This document shows positions 51,967 to 64,000 of a DNA stretch of 64,000 nt, piece by piece. Positions within the stretch are counted from its first letter, which is position 1. Each line of letters begins with the position of its first letter. Location of the stretch: positions 35,588,001 to 35,652,000 of the forward strand of contig OX597814.1 in the NCBI GenBank assembly GCA_951406725.2. Direction: 5' to 3'. The notes below the pieces were generated by a model. It did no database searches and was not told the DNA's origin. It worked only from the letters and a program-made list of their open reading frames with translations. The translations under genes were made by a program, and so were the position numbers. This stretch comes from Octopus vulgaris. Taxonomy: Eukaryota.

Positions 51967-53902
51967 CAATCTAACACTGTCAATAATTTCATTATAAATC
52001 TCTCTTTGTTCAGGCAAAAGTCTTGGTTCATCTCGCGTAATTGCTTCCGTCAATTCGGCAATGTTGTAGTTTTTTTCTGACATTTATTCAACATCCAAAG
52101 GCGCTTCATGATGGACAGTTGTTGGCAGATGGAATTCACTTAAACCGCGTATAACATAGCGTCTGATGTGTCTGTCCATGTCGATTAATGCCTCATTATA
52201 AACATCGTCGTTGCCATCACGTAGCGCTAAATTAGCCTGTATGTCCTTTGATAGGCTCTGTCTGAACGATTCCCAAAGGTTAAGAGGGTTGCTGGGATTA
52301 CAGTGGATTAATATGCTACAAAACAATCGATGCATTTGCCATGGCAGTTTACAATTTGAGGCCTCTGCTAATGTCCTGTGTAAGTGGTCGTCATTGAGAA
52401 GAAGTCCGCGCCTCAAACATGCTTCCCTGTAAGTGGCGCAGATGATACCATCAACCGTGCGAAGATCAGTAAAAGACTTCGGTCCAGTAACTACATGAAG
52501 TAGCATTCTCAAAAAAGATTTCCTGTTTGGTAGGATGAATATTATACACACGCCCAATGACGTTCTTCCTAGAAACACCGGGCCAATTGTCAAGTTCTGT
52601 TCCATGTGACCTGCGCTTCCAATTATTGTTGTTGTATGTGTAATATTCCGGTACTTCAGGGTAAATGAGAGTAGCAGCAAACTCATCAACGGAACACAAT
52701 TTAAAAAATGCTGTAAGCGTAGTCCCTTTTGGATTTTCAATGACTTGACGTGCATTTTTCTCTGTGAAGTAAACCAGCTGTCTCTTCTGTAAATGAACAT
52801 TCAGGTGGAAAACTGATGGTGAGCTTAGATGAATCTCGTATCCAAAAATGCGCCACGCTGCATAATTGGAGGATACATACCTACTCAAAACGAATTGTTT
52901 AATTTCGTCATGTCTAAGGTCTTCATCACTGAACACAAACACGACCATATCATCGCCCTTATTAATGTACTTGCAGAGGTATTGTATGCATCTCACCGAA
53001 CTGCAGTACTCAACATTAATGTGTGCATTAAATGTTTTGGAAAGCAAAGGGTTGAATGGAACGATCCAGGCATTATCAACATCGAATGTTTTTAGCCGTT
53101 GTCTAATTGTAGCTGTGCGGCCACCCAAACCTGGGTCACATATATGAAAGAGAGGACGGGAAAATGAAATATTTTGCAATGTAAACATGATTTGTTTTAA
53201 GAGAAAGATTGTCATGATTGTGTGTTGGTGGTGGCGATGATAATTATCATTAGGAAAAACATAAGTTGTGGCGATGATAATTCTAGACCCCTTTTCACAT
53301 TTTGATGAAGAGAACCCGATTTCATTCGGGTCTACTGGGGCCACATATAGGTGTGTGTATGTGTGTGTGCATGCTGTAGAAATTAAATTAGAGATCAAAC
53401 CACTAATAGGGAAATGAAACAGTAAAAAAACAAAAACATAAAAATAAAAATATAATATTAGATATATGTATATATGTGTGTGTGTGTGTGTTGACAGGTA
53501 GACAATAGAATGCGATGGCGATGGCGATGTAATATTTGTTTCTGTCTATGAACGCAGATAGATACACGAGTAAAATGTATAGGAAGCTAAGAGATAGAGT
53601 GAGTGAAAATTTTCTTGGAAGAGATGAAATAGCGAGAGAGTGATTTGAGGAAGACTTTACATTAAATAACGGTAGTGGCATTGTCATATGAAGAGGAGTG
53701 AGAGGGTACTGGAGGAAATAGGGTGAGTGAGGAAGATGGCCTCTAGCAACCACACCTTTTAAGATAGGGATTTCTAAGGTAGCCCACGAGCATTGTCACC
53801 TCATTCTACATGTCCCTGTAAATTTTGGAGCGAATCGGACGGGATGTAGTGGCATTGAAAGAGATCCAAGCGGTAAAAACGCATTTCAGTTTTATATATA
53901 GA
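51967..53902 (-). mobile_element. Truncated autonomous-type Helitron (Rep/Hel fragment with 5' terminus)
   Basis: A|TC 5' end at 53902; VDNAWIVPFNPLLSKTFNAHINVEYCSSV..IQYLCKYINKG, DEIKQF..RYVSS..AAWRIF, LLLHVTGPKSFTDLRTVDG...TYREACLRRGLL; breaks off at EQREIYNEIIDSV just before the Pif1 Walker A; one frameshift. Confidence 0.93.
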
Positions 53903-54809
53903 TATATATATATATATACATATTTATATATACATATACATATAAAGGTTTATTGCATATATACAGTTGCTGTTATATGTATATAATCCCACCCATCCCT
54001 ACATTGCTATAACTATATATACACTGTCAATATTCACATATACATCAAATAAACACACTAAAGACACATATATGGGTATTGTGTATATTTGGTATTTTCT
54101 AACTTGCACTAAACATTAGTAAAACTACAATTCAAGAAATACACACATGCATCCACTACTGACACAAGTGAACATACACATGGCAAATACACATATATAT
54201 ATATATGTCAACATACATATGAAATAAGCACAACCATACATACTTCTGATAGTATATACTTACTCACATATAAAAATGCACATACACATAAATCTACACA
54301 AGTACCAGCTGACATGTGTACACAATCGATATTACCTCCCTTTGTGAACTCTTTGACATTGAAAGCCAGAGTTTTCTTTTCTCATTTCTACTGCAACTCA
54401 AAAGCTTGGCCTTTTTGTAAATTAGGATGGATAGACTTGCTTCTTCTATGTTAGCTATCTTTCATTCACATCATGCTTTTTTTCTTCTTACCAATAAAAA
54501 GCAAACTAATATATCCTGACAAGATATTCTTTGCTGTCCATGTTATATATATATACTTAAATATTCATCATTATAAATGATTACACACATGCACACACAA
54601 ACATGCACACACAATCATCTTTTTTATGCATGTATGTCTTGGACAAACTTGCTGAGATGGATTTTCTTTGGCTGAATGCCTCTCCTGTTTCCAAGTAAGG
54701 TAATATTTCTCCATGACCAGACATGTTTTAATGGAGGATTAGAAATGAATGATATCACTTCTGTGACTGTGAGACTAGTATCACATGATGTCAGTCAAGG
54801 AGACAGTAG

Positions 54810-55186
54810 TTGACTTTGCCTTTCATCCTTTCGGGGTCGATAAATTAAGTACCAGTTACGCACTGGGGTCGATGTAATTGACTTAACCCCTTTGTCTGTC
54901 CTTGTTTGTCCCCTCTGTGTTTAGCCCCTTGTGGGTAGTAAAGAAATATATAAGATGGCAAGCTGGCAGAAATGTTAGCATGCCGAGCGAAATGCTTAGC
55001 AGCATTTTGTCTTTCTTTACATTCTGAGTTCAAATTTCACTGAAATCGACTTTGCCTTTCATCCCTCCGGGGTCGATAAATTAATTACCAGTTATGCACT
55101 GGGATCGATATCATCGACTTAATCCCTTTGTCTGTCCTTGTTTGTCCCCTCTATGTTTAGCCCCTTGTGGGCAATAAAGAAATAAG
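54810..55186 (+). mobile_element. Tandem SINE B copies (5'-truncated + full length)
   Basis: Two successive gcctttcatcc...ggggtcgataaattaa...tttagccccttgtggg modules. Confidence 0.88.
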
Positions 55187-55224
55187 TAACACACACACAT
55201 ATATATATATACAGATGTGCAGAC

Positions 55225-56220
55225 ATTATCATCATCATCATCATTTAATGTCCATTGTCCATGCTGGCTTGGGTTGGATGGCTGGACTGAAACTGTTAAG
55301 CTGGGAAGCTGATTTGGTATGGATGCCCTTCCCAACACCAACCACTCCAAGAGTGTAGTGGATGCTTTTTATGTGTCACCAGCATGGGTGATGGTTACAA
55401 AACACTGACACTGACCATGATTATAATCTCACTTGGCTTGAAAGGTTTTCTCAAGCATGATATATTACCAAAGGTCTCAGTCACTTGTCACTGCCTCCAT
55501 TGAGGCTCAAAGTTTGAAGGGTGCTTTTTATGTGTCACTGTCACAGTTGCCAGGAATGTGTTTGTTCTCGAGTCATGCCTGGCTCATAAGGGCTGGTTTC
55601 CCGGTTTCCTCGGCATATAGGTTCCCCACCTGGACAGTACGCCGGTCCATCGCAGGTGAGCTGCAAGATGCAGGAGGAAAGAGTGAGAGAAAGTTGTGGC
55701 AAAAGTGTCAGCAGAAGTTCGCCGTTACCTTCTGCCAGAGCTGCATGGAGATTATGTGTTTTCGCTCATAAACACACACATCACCCGGTCTGAGATTCGA
55801 ACCCATGATCCTTCGACCGTGAGTTTGCTGCTCTAACCACTAGGCCATGTGCCTCCACTTCAGGTATGTGACACTGGCATTGGCCATGTCTACGATTTCA
55901 CTTGGCTTGATAGGTATTTTCAAGCACAGCATATCACCCAACGTTCTAAGAGTACTTTTCTTTACATGCCACTGGCACAAATGCCAGTTACCTGACACTA
56001 GCATCAGCCATGACTGCAATTTCACTTAGCTTGACAGGTTTTCTCAAGCATGGTATATCACCAAAAGCCTCAGTCACTTGCCATTGCCTCCATGAGGTCC
56101 ACTGTTTGAAGTTCATGCTTCATCATCTCTTCCCATGTCTTCCTGGGTCTACCTCTTCCACAGGTTCCCATCACAGTTAGAGATCAGCTCTTCTTCACAC
56201 AGCTGTCCTCATCCATAAGC
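55225..56220 (-). mobile_element. RTE 3' end with duplicated ORF-end segments and a nested SINE C
   Basis: EDSCVKKS*SLTVMGTCGRGRPRKTWEE at 56100-56215; ttctcaagca module present three times; (cat)n tail. Confidence 0.8.
55560..55858 (-). mobile_element. SINE C variant with a different central domain
   Basis: Same head (gtggaggcacatggcctagtggttagag) and tail (cccttatgagccaggcatg.ctcgagaa) as 17050-17302, different middle. Confidence 0.8.
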
Positions 56221-56236
56221 ACATATATGTATATAC

Positions 56237-56825
56237 ATGGGTCTGATCAATAAGTATCCGGACTGTAGCCATAGTAACGAAATTAAAGCTTGCTGAGTAA
56301 AGCCATTTGGCATAGATTGACCTTAAACACACATCTCATACCCAAATCTTCAGTGATGATGAAATGAACTGAACCGTAACTAATCTGCACATCCTCTGAT
56401 AATTCACGGATGGTGATTCGATGATTTCCCCTCACAGCTGCATGCACATCTGCAATGTTTTTCTCAGTTCTGCTGGTTGCGGGTCTCCGAAAATATTTGT
56501 CAATATCAATATTTTTTCGCCCATCTTGAAAACGTCAGAACCACTTGTACACTTGTGTATGGCTCATACACTCCTCTCCATACACTTTCTGCAACTTTGC
56601 GTGGACTTCTGAGCAGGTATCACCATGACAACTTTCTCTGTCATGGTCAATGCGATTATCACACAGTCACACCTTTTTTCAAAGCACTACTGTAAACAAC
56701 AGAAGTGAGCTAGAATGTTAAAACTCAGTTCGCATGCACAGCAAATCTGTGTCAAGCGGCTTCATTTTGTGTGCTTTAGCTTCGTTACTACAGCAACAGT
56801 CCGGATACTTATTGATCAAACCTCA
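56237..56825 (-). mobile_element. Internally deleted mariner
   Basis: TIR ggtctgatcaataagtatccggactgt / acagtccggatacttattgatcaaacc; residual KLQKVYGEECMSHTQVYKWF*RFQDG. Confidence 0.85.
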
Positions 56826-58736
56826 TGCATGCATATTTGTTAAGCAGTTTCCATCTACTAAATCCACACAAAAGGTATAGGTTAGCCCAGGGCTTAGAAT
56901 AGAAGTCACTTGTTCAAGACACCACATAGTAAGATTGAACCTGAAATGATGTGGGTGGGAAGCAAACTTCTTACCACACAGCCATACATAATACATACAT
57001 AAAAGATGATTATATGTGTGTGTATGTGTATGTGTAAGCATGTGTGTGTACACACATATGTATATCTTTACGCATATACATGCATACACACACACACACA
57101 AACACGCATACACAACTACACACACACACACTCACACACATACACATGCACTCACACACACACTTACACACGCATGCGTAATATAGTGCAAGAATAGCAC
57201 CACCTCAATGAAGGTGAGGCAAGCATGGTTATCCATTAAGTGTTTCACAATGATGTAGTTCTAATTGAGCAACCCACAGCGCAATTATCTTTACCATAAT
57301 TTTAGGTGATCAAAGCCTTGTGAGTGAATTGGTTGATGGAAAATATATGATAGCTTGATGCAGGGGCTGCACTTGTTCTGAAGTAATAGGCCTAATCTTT
57401 CACCAAATTAATAAAAACAATTGTCTCTCAGGTGCCCAGTTGCCTTTAGTGAGGGCTACTCTGTTGTAAGAATTTTCATCAGGTTTCTGGTTTCAGAAAA
57501 TTTTATTCCTTCTTCCCTTCAAATTCAAAAGGTCTGTAAATGTTTATGAGCACAACACTCTCCTTCCTGTTCAGGTTCATCAATAAATAAGTCAGCTAAA
57601 AATGTCTTTTATGTATGGCAACAAATTATAAATGTACTTTTCACATTGTAAACATGTTGTGTGTGTATGTGCACGCATGTGTGTGTGTTGGTGTGTTGGT
57701 GTGTGTGCGTGTGTGATTTGAACATTCTTGATTCTTAAAATGATTCACAGTAATATATATGTTTGTTTATCATTTAAATGGCATTAGAAATATTGTGCAT
57801 ATGACCATCTAGTTTATGGTTCAGACCACATATAAATATTTTTATTTGTGCATTGACTGCTGTGCTTATTGTTTGACTGTCTATTATTAAAAGCAATTTA
57901 AAGTTTTGTACACTTTACATCAGTAAAAAGCTCAAAAAATATATTTATTTTCACAATGTAATGAAAATGCAGGGAGATATTTTGACGAAATTCAATAGAA
58001 AATGATTTGTAAAAAGATAAAAATGAAGAAACATAAAATTAGATAAGACATAAAAATAAACTGTGGTATTAGGCAAACTGTGATGTAGTAATTAGTTTGC
58101 TGATGAGGGCCAAATATCTTATTTGAAAGGTTTACGGCTATTTAATTTTTAGCTATTTTTACACTATGTTTTTCATGATTTTATTGTTTCCTTTAAAGGA
58201 ATAAACCAATATGATTAATTTAGAAGCAAGTGTGTGCCAGACATTTCAATTCTCTTTTCTTTTAATCTTTTTTAAGCTTTATTTAATAAAAGTCTCAAAA
58301 GACCTTTTTGATATCAGTCTAAGATTGATATGAAAACATCCTCTCGACAAACTATGTTATTCTCTTATTCTCATCTCTTTTGCTACTGTGAAAATAATTT
58401 CAGTTGTTTAGTGATAATGACGTTCTTGAGTTTTACAAATAAATATTGCCTAACCTATGGATTGCTTCCCAGGAACATTAGAGATATTGTAAATAACGAA
58501 GTAAAAATATGAACAGACCAAGTACTTTAAAGTAATCGCAATGCTTCTTGAAACATCTTATGGTTAGAATTTAATCAATGCTACCACAAGTTCATATAAC
58601 TAAAGTTAAACTCTTGTTTATCAATGAGAATAATAAATGTACATTGTTTTCCATGTCTGGATATTAATGCTTTTGTAATGTCTTGCATATATATTTCCCA
58701 CAAGATGTAGTATCTATTCATTTTCTAGCTACATAA

Positions 58737-59130
58737 ACGTAGGAGTGGCTGCATGGTAAGTAGCTTGCTTACCAACCACATGGTCCAGGTTCAGTCCCAC
58801 CGCATGGCAACTTGGGAAGGTGTCTTCTACTATAGCCTTGGGCCAACCAAAGCCTTGTGAGTGCATTTGGTAGATGGAAACTGAAAGAAGCCCATCATAT
58901 ATATGTATATATATGTGTGTGTATGTTTGTGTGTCTGTGTTTGTCCCCCCAACATTGCTTGACAACCGATACTGGTGTGTTTACGTCCCCATAATTTAGT
59001 GGTTTGGCAAAAGAGACTGATAGAATAAGTACTAGGCTTACAAAGAATAAGTCCTGGTGTCGATTTGATAGGCTAAAGGTGGTGCCCCAGCATGGTCACA
59101 GTCAAATGACTGAAACAATTAAAAGAGTAT
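58737..59130 (+). mobile_element. SINE A full length
   Basis: Family sequence. Confidence 0.9.
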
Positions 59131-59164
59131 AAGCTTTTATGAATCCTAGACAATATTCAGAAAT

Positions 59165-59560
59165 GGGTCACTCATCTAATTGGCATTCACTTACATTCTC
59201 CAGTTTCTGTTCCACAGGTATATCTCCTTTATCTGCCTTTTGCACTGCTACTACAATGGATTCTACACCTTACAGTTTGCTGCCCTAAGACACCCCCAGT
59301 CCTCTCATCTGTTTATCACCTTTGTTATGTCAAACCCAAGTACTTGCACTAAACATAATGCTCAGTCCTTCCTTTCCAGAATGTTGGTCCTCTGGAATTC
59401 TCACCCATCTATCCCTCCCCACATCACACCTTTCCTGTAGATATTGACATGAAACTGTCTAAGAGATATATTAAAGACATCAGTCATACTGGTCTTGGAG
59501 CGTCTGAAGAGGTCATGGGTACTGTTCCTCCTGATTCAACAAAAACTAAAGAAAAAAGAA
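59165..59560 (+). pseudogene. CR1/L2-type LINE 3' fragment
   Basis: HRYISFICLLHCYYNG...TKHNAQSFLSRMLVLWNSHP. Confidence 0.55.
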
Positions 59561-61414
59561 AAAGCTGAAAAAAATTGAATAACATATTGACTGTGTTCAT
59601 TAGTTGTTTAGTTGCTGGTTAGTTGGTTGGTGAATACTCTATCTTAGAGGTTAATCTTCTCTTTAGGTATTTTCAAGAGTTTTAAAGCAAAATATACTCT
59701 TTGAACTAATTTCAATTTAATATTATGTATTCCATAGTTTACTCTGATACACTTTGAATGATCAAAGCAATCTTAAGGTGGCAATAGAAAATGATAAATT
59801 AGAAAGAAATAGATTGCAACTAGTATGGAAGGCAAATTAGATTTTAAATTGAAGGAATAGACTATTTAACCTTGTGTCAAGAGTTCATGACATTGAAATA
59901 ACAATAGATGCTTCCAGAGTACCAATAATGGTTACTTCCATTTCATAGTTAAATAACAGCAAAAAGTGCATTCAAGGAATAAAAAAGATGTTTTTCAATT
60001 GTTGAAGCCATTTCACTTTTCTTAATGCAAGCTAATAGCAATCATGCATTGGAATCTTTTGAAAAAAAAAATCCACTTTGATCTTTGCTGAAAGGCTCAG
60101 GAAGTGCTTTTTTCGTTGAGATCAAAGTGTAGTATTTTACTCTTTAAAGTGCTAACTGATCATTTTAGAGAGTAACTTTTGAAAAAATACCTTTAGGAAA
60201 GGAATAAGTATCAAAACTTGCATTTATTGTGCCTCTCAGTAGTCTTAGAATTATACACTCCAGTGTATGCTCGTAAACCATGACAATGTCACAATAAATT
60301 ATATCCTAAAGTATCTATGCTAAGGAAAAAGAAAGAAAGTAGAAGAAAACTTGCATTGAGTAGTGTCTATAATTATATACAATTATGTTCCTTTCATCAG
60401 AATCTTTTGGTTAAGGAAGACAATACAAATGGAATATTTATTAAGAAATTTATCTGGAACATCTTACAAGCATCTTGCAATATGTTTCCTATAGTGTGAT
60501 TTTCTGCAGAATATATTACAATGCTATTTTAGTTGCTTACAATGTTAAAAAACAAATAAAATAAAAATGGTATAATAAAAGAGAATGAAGATTTTAGTGG
60601 GATTTCTCAAAGTTGTTTCCTTGCACATAAAGTAGCAATTATCTGTCTAAATTGCTAGTACTTTCAATGGTTCTGCTTATCTGTTGATTGGCTAATAATG
60701 ATGTGTAATTGAAATACAACTGGGAATATCTAAATTTGAAACCAGCATTCTGTGTTTCACTCATCAAAAGATGTTAACAATTGGAGGAAGCTAATTATTT
60801 CGAACAAAACAAAGAAAATACATAAAAAAAAAGGCAGGCAAAAAATACAATGAATCCTTCAATAGATGAAGCATCTTGTCTGGGGACACAATACATCTAA
60901 CAATCTGTCATATAGATTGTCTTATAAAACTGGGAGATGCTATATGTGTCATTAGATTATTATTCTGTTAGTTGAAGAGCTACAAGTTAATGTATAAGGC
61001 AACTAACTGTTCAGCTTTCCCACAGCAATATCACTTAACTTTTACTGGCCCAGTCTACCCCCACTATATACAGGCATCAGTGTGAAGAACAATTTTCTGG
61101 GGTACGAAGTAAAGTATGCTGCATGGCTTTGATACATATTTGTATGCACGTGTGTGTGTGTGCGTGCATGCAGGTATAGTTGTGTAATTAAGCAATTTGA
61201 TTTGCATCAACCTAGTTCCAGTTGAGGTGTCTTCTATAATAGTCTTGTGTCAACCAAAGCATGGTGAGTAAAAATTTAGCTAAGCTGAAACTATAATGAA
61301 ACTACAGTTCTGTATTTAAGAGATGAGGAATTATGTACATTATTTACATTATTTACATTTGACAGATATTTGTCCTCATCTTGTTTGTTGATAACACGTT
61401 TTAGCTGATATACC

Positions 61415-61646
61415 TATTTCTTTATTACCCACAAGGGGCTAAACACAGAGGGGACAAACAAGGACAGACATAGGTATTAAGTCGATTACATCGACCCCAG
61501 TGCGTAACTGGTACTTAATTTACCGACCCCGAAAGGATGAAAGGCAAAGTCGATCTCGGCGGAATTTGAACTCACAACGTAACGCAGACGAAATACCGCT
61601 AAGCATTTCGCCCGGCGTGCTAACGTTTCTGCCAGCTCGCCGCCTT
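61415..61646 (-). mobile_element. SINE B full length, young
   Basis: CpG-rich copy; 17-bp TSD gttttagctgatatacc. Confidence 0.92.
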
Positions 61647-61718
61647 AACTGATATACCGTTTTAGCTGATATACCCTCCAGCCTCCAGTTTTATTCCTGG
61701 ATAATAATAATAATAATC

Positions 61719-61751
<33 letters not shown>

Positions 61752-61808
61752 TCATCAAAAATTACTTAGAAATCAGGACCCAGGGACCCAGGTTCGAAAT
61801 TTCCCCAG

Positions 61809-61854
61809 GACATCTGATGAAAGCTGGAGGGTATATCAGCCGAAACGTTGTGTT
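61809..61854 (+). ncRNA. Minimal type-I hammerhead ribozyme motif
   Basis: gacat-CTGATGA-aa-gctg-gagggtatat-cagc-c-GAAA-cg-TT-gtgtt: intact core, stem II, palindromic ACGT stem III, stem I gacat/gtgtt. Confidence 0.7.
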
Positions 61855-62399
61855 AACAACAAGCAAGATCAGGACAGATATCTGTCAAATGTAAATAATT
61901 TAAATAAGGTACACTGAAACTAGTTAGTTGTGTGTGTGTGTGTGTATGTGTGTGTGTGTATGTGTGTGAGTGTGTGTCTGTGTGTGCCTGTGTGTGATGT
62001 GTATCACCATAGAAAGAACAAAATTTTTTTGTATTCTGAGTGATTTCCATTTACATTTGGTTACCTAACCTTTTGTTGTTTACAAATTTGTTAAAATACG
62101 ATAAACAAACAAAATAAAATAAAATACTGGGTTGATGTAAGCATCTGAAACTCTTGTAGACAGTGCCAAAGTAATGATCATTGTCCAATAACTAAAAACT
62201 AGTCAAAGAAAAGTAAAAGAAGAAGAATATAGTTATTTTCGGTGATAAGCTCAAATACTGCCAAAAGCTAAATGAAGTTATAAAGAAAACTTTGAAGCTA
62301 TTCCTCCAGTTAAATCAAAATTAATCAACATACACACACAAAAATTGTCCTCCCCCCCCCCAAAAAAAAAGTTCTGGGCCATAGACTCATAAAGCTAGT

Positions 62400-62590
62400 T
62401 TATATACTCATTCTCTGGATAAGACACCAGCCTCTTGCAGGATTATGCATTTTTGCCAGCTGAGTGAACTGAAGCAACATGAAATAAGGTGCTTGCTCAA
62501 GAACACAACACATTACTTGGTTCAGGAAACGAAATCACAATCTTACAATCATTGATGCAGTGCCTTAACCATTAAAGCACATGTTTCCAC
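62400..62590 (-). mobile_element. SINE C, diverged
   Basis: ttttgccagctgagtgaactg...tgctcaagaacacaac...ccttaaccattaaagcacatgtttccac. Confidence 0.75.
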
Positions 62591-62620
62591 ATATATACAT
62601 ATGTGTATGTGTGTTTGTGA

Positions 62621-62684
<64 letters not shown>

Positions 62685-63710
62685 TTAAAATCACAATAAG
62701 GGTGAAAAAAATTGAATATTAATTAATAACTTCAATTTAAAACACCAAGTGTTCTAGCATATAAGAACTGGGATACAGTAAAAATTATTAATACAAATAA
62801 TTATTATTTGTATATATATATATATTATATTAAATTAGAGATAAAACTACTGTTAGGCAATTCAAGCAGTGAAAAACATAAGCCAATACATAAAATTAAT
62901 TTAAAAACATTAAAGTTAAAAATAAGAAATTATTTAAATAATTTAAACTTATAAATTTTATATATATATACAAATATATATATATATGTATGTATGTATA
63001 ATTTTATATTTATATATTAATTTAATTAATTAATTAATTTATTTATTTATTTATTTTTTCTTATAATTAAAATTAGATAAACTTTGATAAACTTAGATAT
63101 GTTTCGACTAAAGATTGGTCCAGGCCATGTCTAACTTAATAGCATAACTTAGTTATTGTCTTTTTAAATTGATATTCGCTAGTTATTCCCATTGATAATT
63201 ATATTTATAGTATTTATAATATTTATTCGATACTAAATAACTACGAATTGATTATTTCTATAAGTATTTTAAATAAGATTTCCGAAAGTTCATTTAAGTT
63301 TGTTTGTTTGTATTTTTGAAATTAGCTATTTCATCTTTAAATCTGAAAAATTAATTTATTAGGTCTTTATTATATGTGAATATATATTTATTTATAGAGA
63401 TTATTTTAGATCTTAATTATAATATTTATATACATTTATATATTTTCATTGTTAATTTATATATAATATTTTTTTTTTAATATTTATGTAATTAGATATA
63501 GACTATAACCGATATTAGATTATTGGTGGGTTTCTTACCTTATAAATTAAAATTAATATTTAACATTATAATCGATTTTGATATAATCATAATTGTTAAG
63601 TTTTAAGTTTCTAGTTTGATAATAGAGTTTATTATAAGTAAAATTATTATATTATTTATATCTTAAAAATATTGTTTAAATATTTCTGATTATTTAAAAA
63701 ATATTTCAAT

Positions 63711-63806
63711 TAACCTGAAGATTGACTGTAACCATAACTTGAATTATTAATTGAATTTGAATTAATGATATTCGAATTGGTACAGCCATGAAACGATCGT
63801 AGTGTT
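63711..63806 (+). ncRNA. Type-I hammerhead-like motif with extended stem II loop
   Basis: CTGAAGA-ttgactgtaacc...ggtacagccat-GAA-ACGATCGT-A-gtgtt; palindromic stem III, weak stem I. Confidence 0.55.
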
Positions 63807-64000
63807 TTACTCTTTATCTTTTATTAAACTTTTACTACTTTTGATATTAAAAAAAAAATAAATAAATAAATAAATAAATTAATTAATTAATTAAAATAAT
63901 ATATAAATATAAAAATATACATACATACATATATATATATATTTGTATATATATATAAAATTTATAAGTTTGAATTATTTAAATAATTTCTTATTTTTAA

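Larger units (their letters stand above)
61335..61913. mobile_element. Inverted-repeat element carrying a hammerhead motif (Penelope-like pLTR remnant), left arm split by a SINE B
   Basis: Arms ttatttacattatttacatttgacagatatttgtcc...gctgatataccctccagc and its reverse complement at 61823-61907. Confidence 0.7.

Noticed and set aside
53145-53398. N-terminal part of the 310-aa ORF 52466-53398 as a novel domain fused to the Helitron Rep
   Set aside because: It reads through microsatellite and low-complexity filler from a non-ATG start; homology begins only near GGRTATIR.
58095-58140. CTGATGA...GAAA hammerhead candidate
   Set aside because: Stem II does not close adjacent to the core and stems I and III cannot be formed; at best a decayed remnant.

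Overview
AT-rich, microsatellite-laden animal genomic DNA, most likely an octopus/coleoid cephalopod. This is inferred from the recurring tRNA-derived SINE families and RTE tails, not from a database search. Most of the window is a mosaic of decayed transposons: (i) three tRNA-headed SINE families in about 30 copies; (ii) RTE LINE 3' ends, R4/Dong-type and CR1/L2-type LINE fragments; (iii) a decayed Ty3/Gypsy element and a solo LTR; (iv) at least seven Tc1/mariner relics (DD34D, DD37D/maT, DD41D/rosa-like); (v) a Buster/Charlie-type hAT with nested insertions, hAT/piggyBac/pogo MITEs and three Helitron pieces. No intact transposase or RT ORF is present. The only credible host coding signal is a candidate signal-peptide first coding exon on the minus strand (21782-21886). 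The most notable unannotated signals are three minimal type-I hammerhead ribozyme motifs of the kind carried by Penelope-like elements, several fold-back elements built from transposon ends, and a ~98-bp duplication flanking a tiny SINE insertion. I found no evidence for a genuinely new multi-gene system. Coordinates of decayed elements are approximate.
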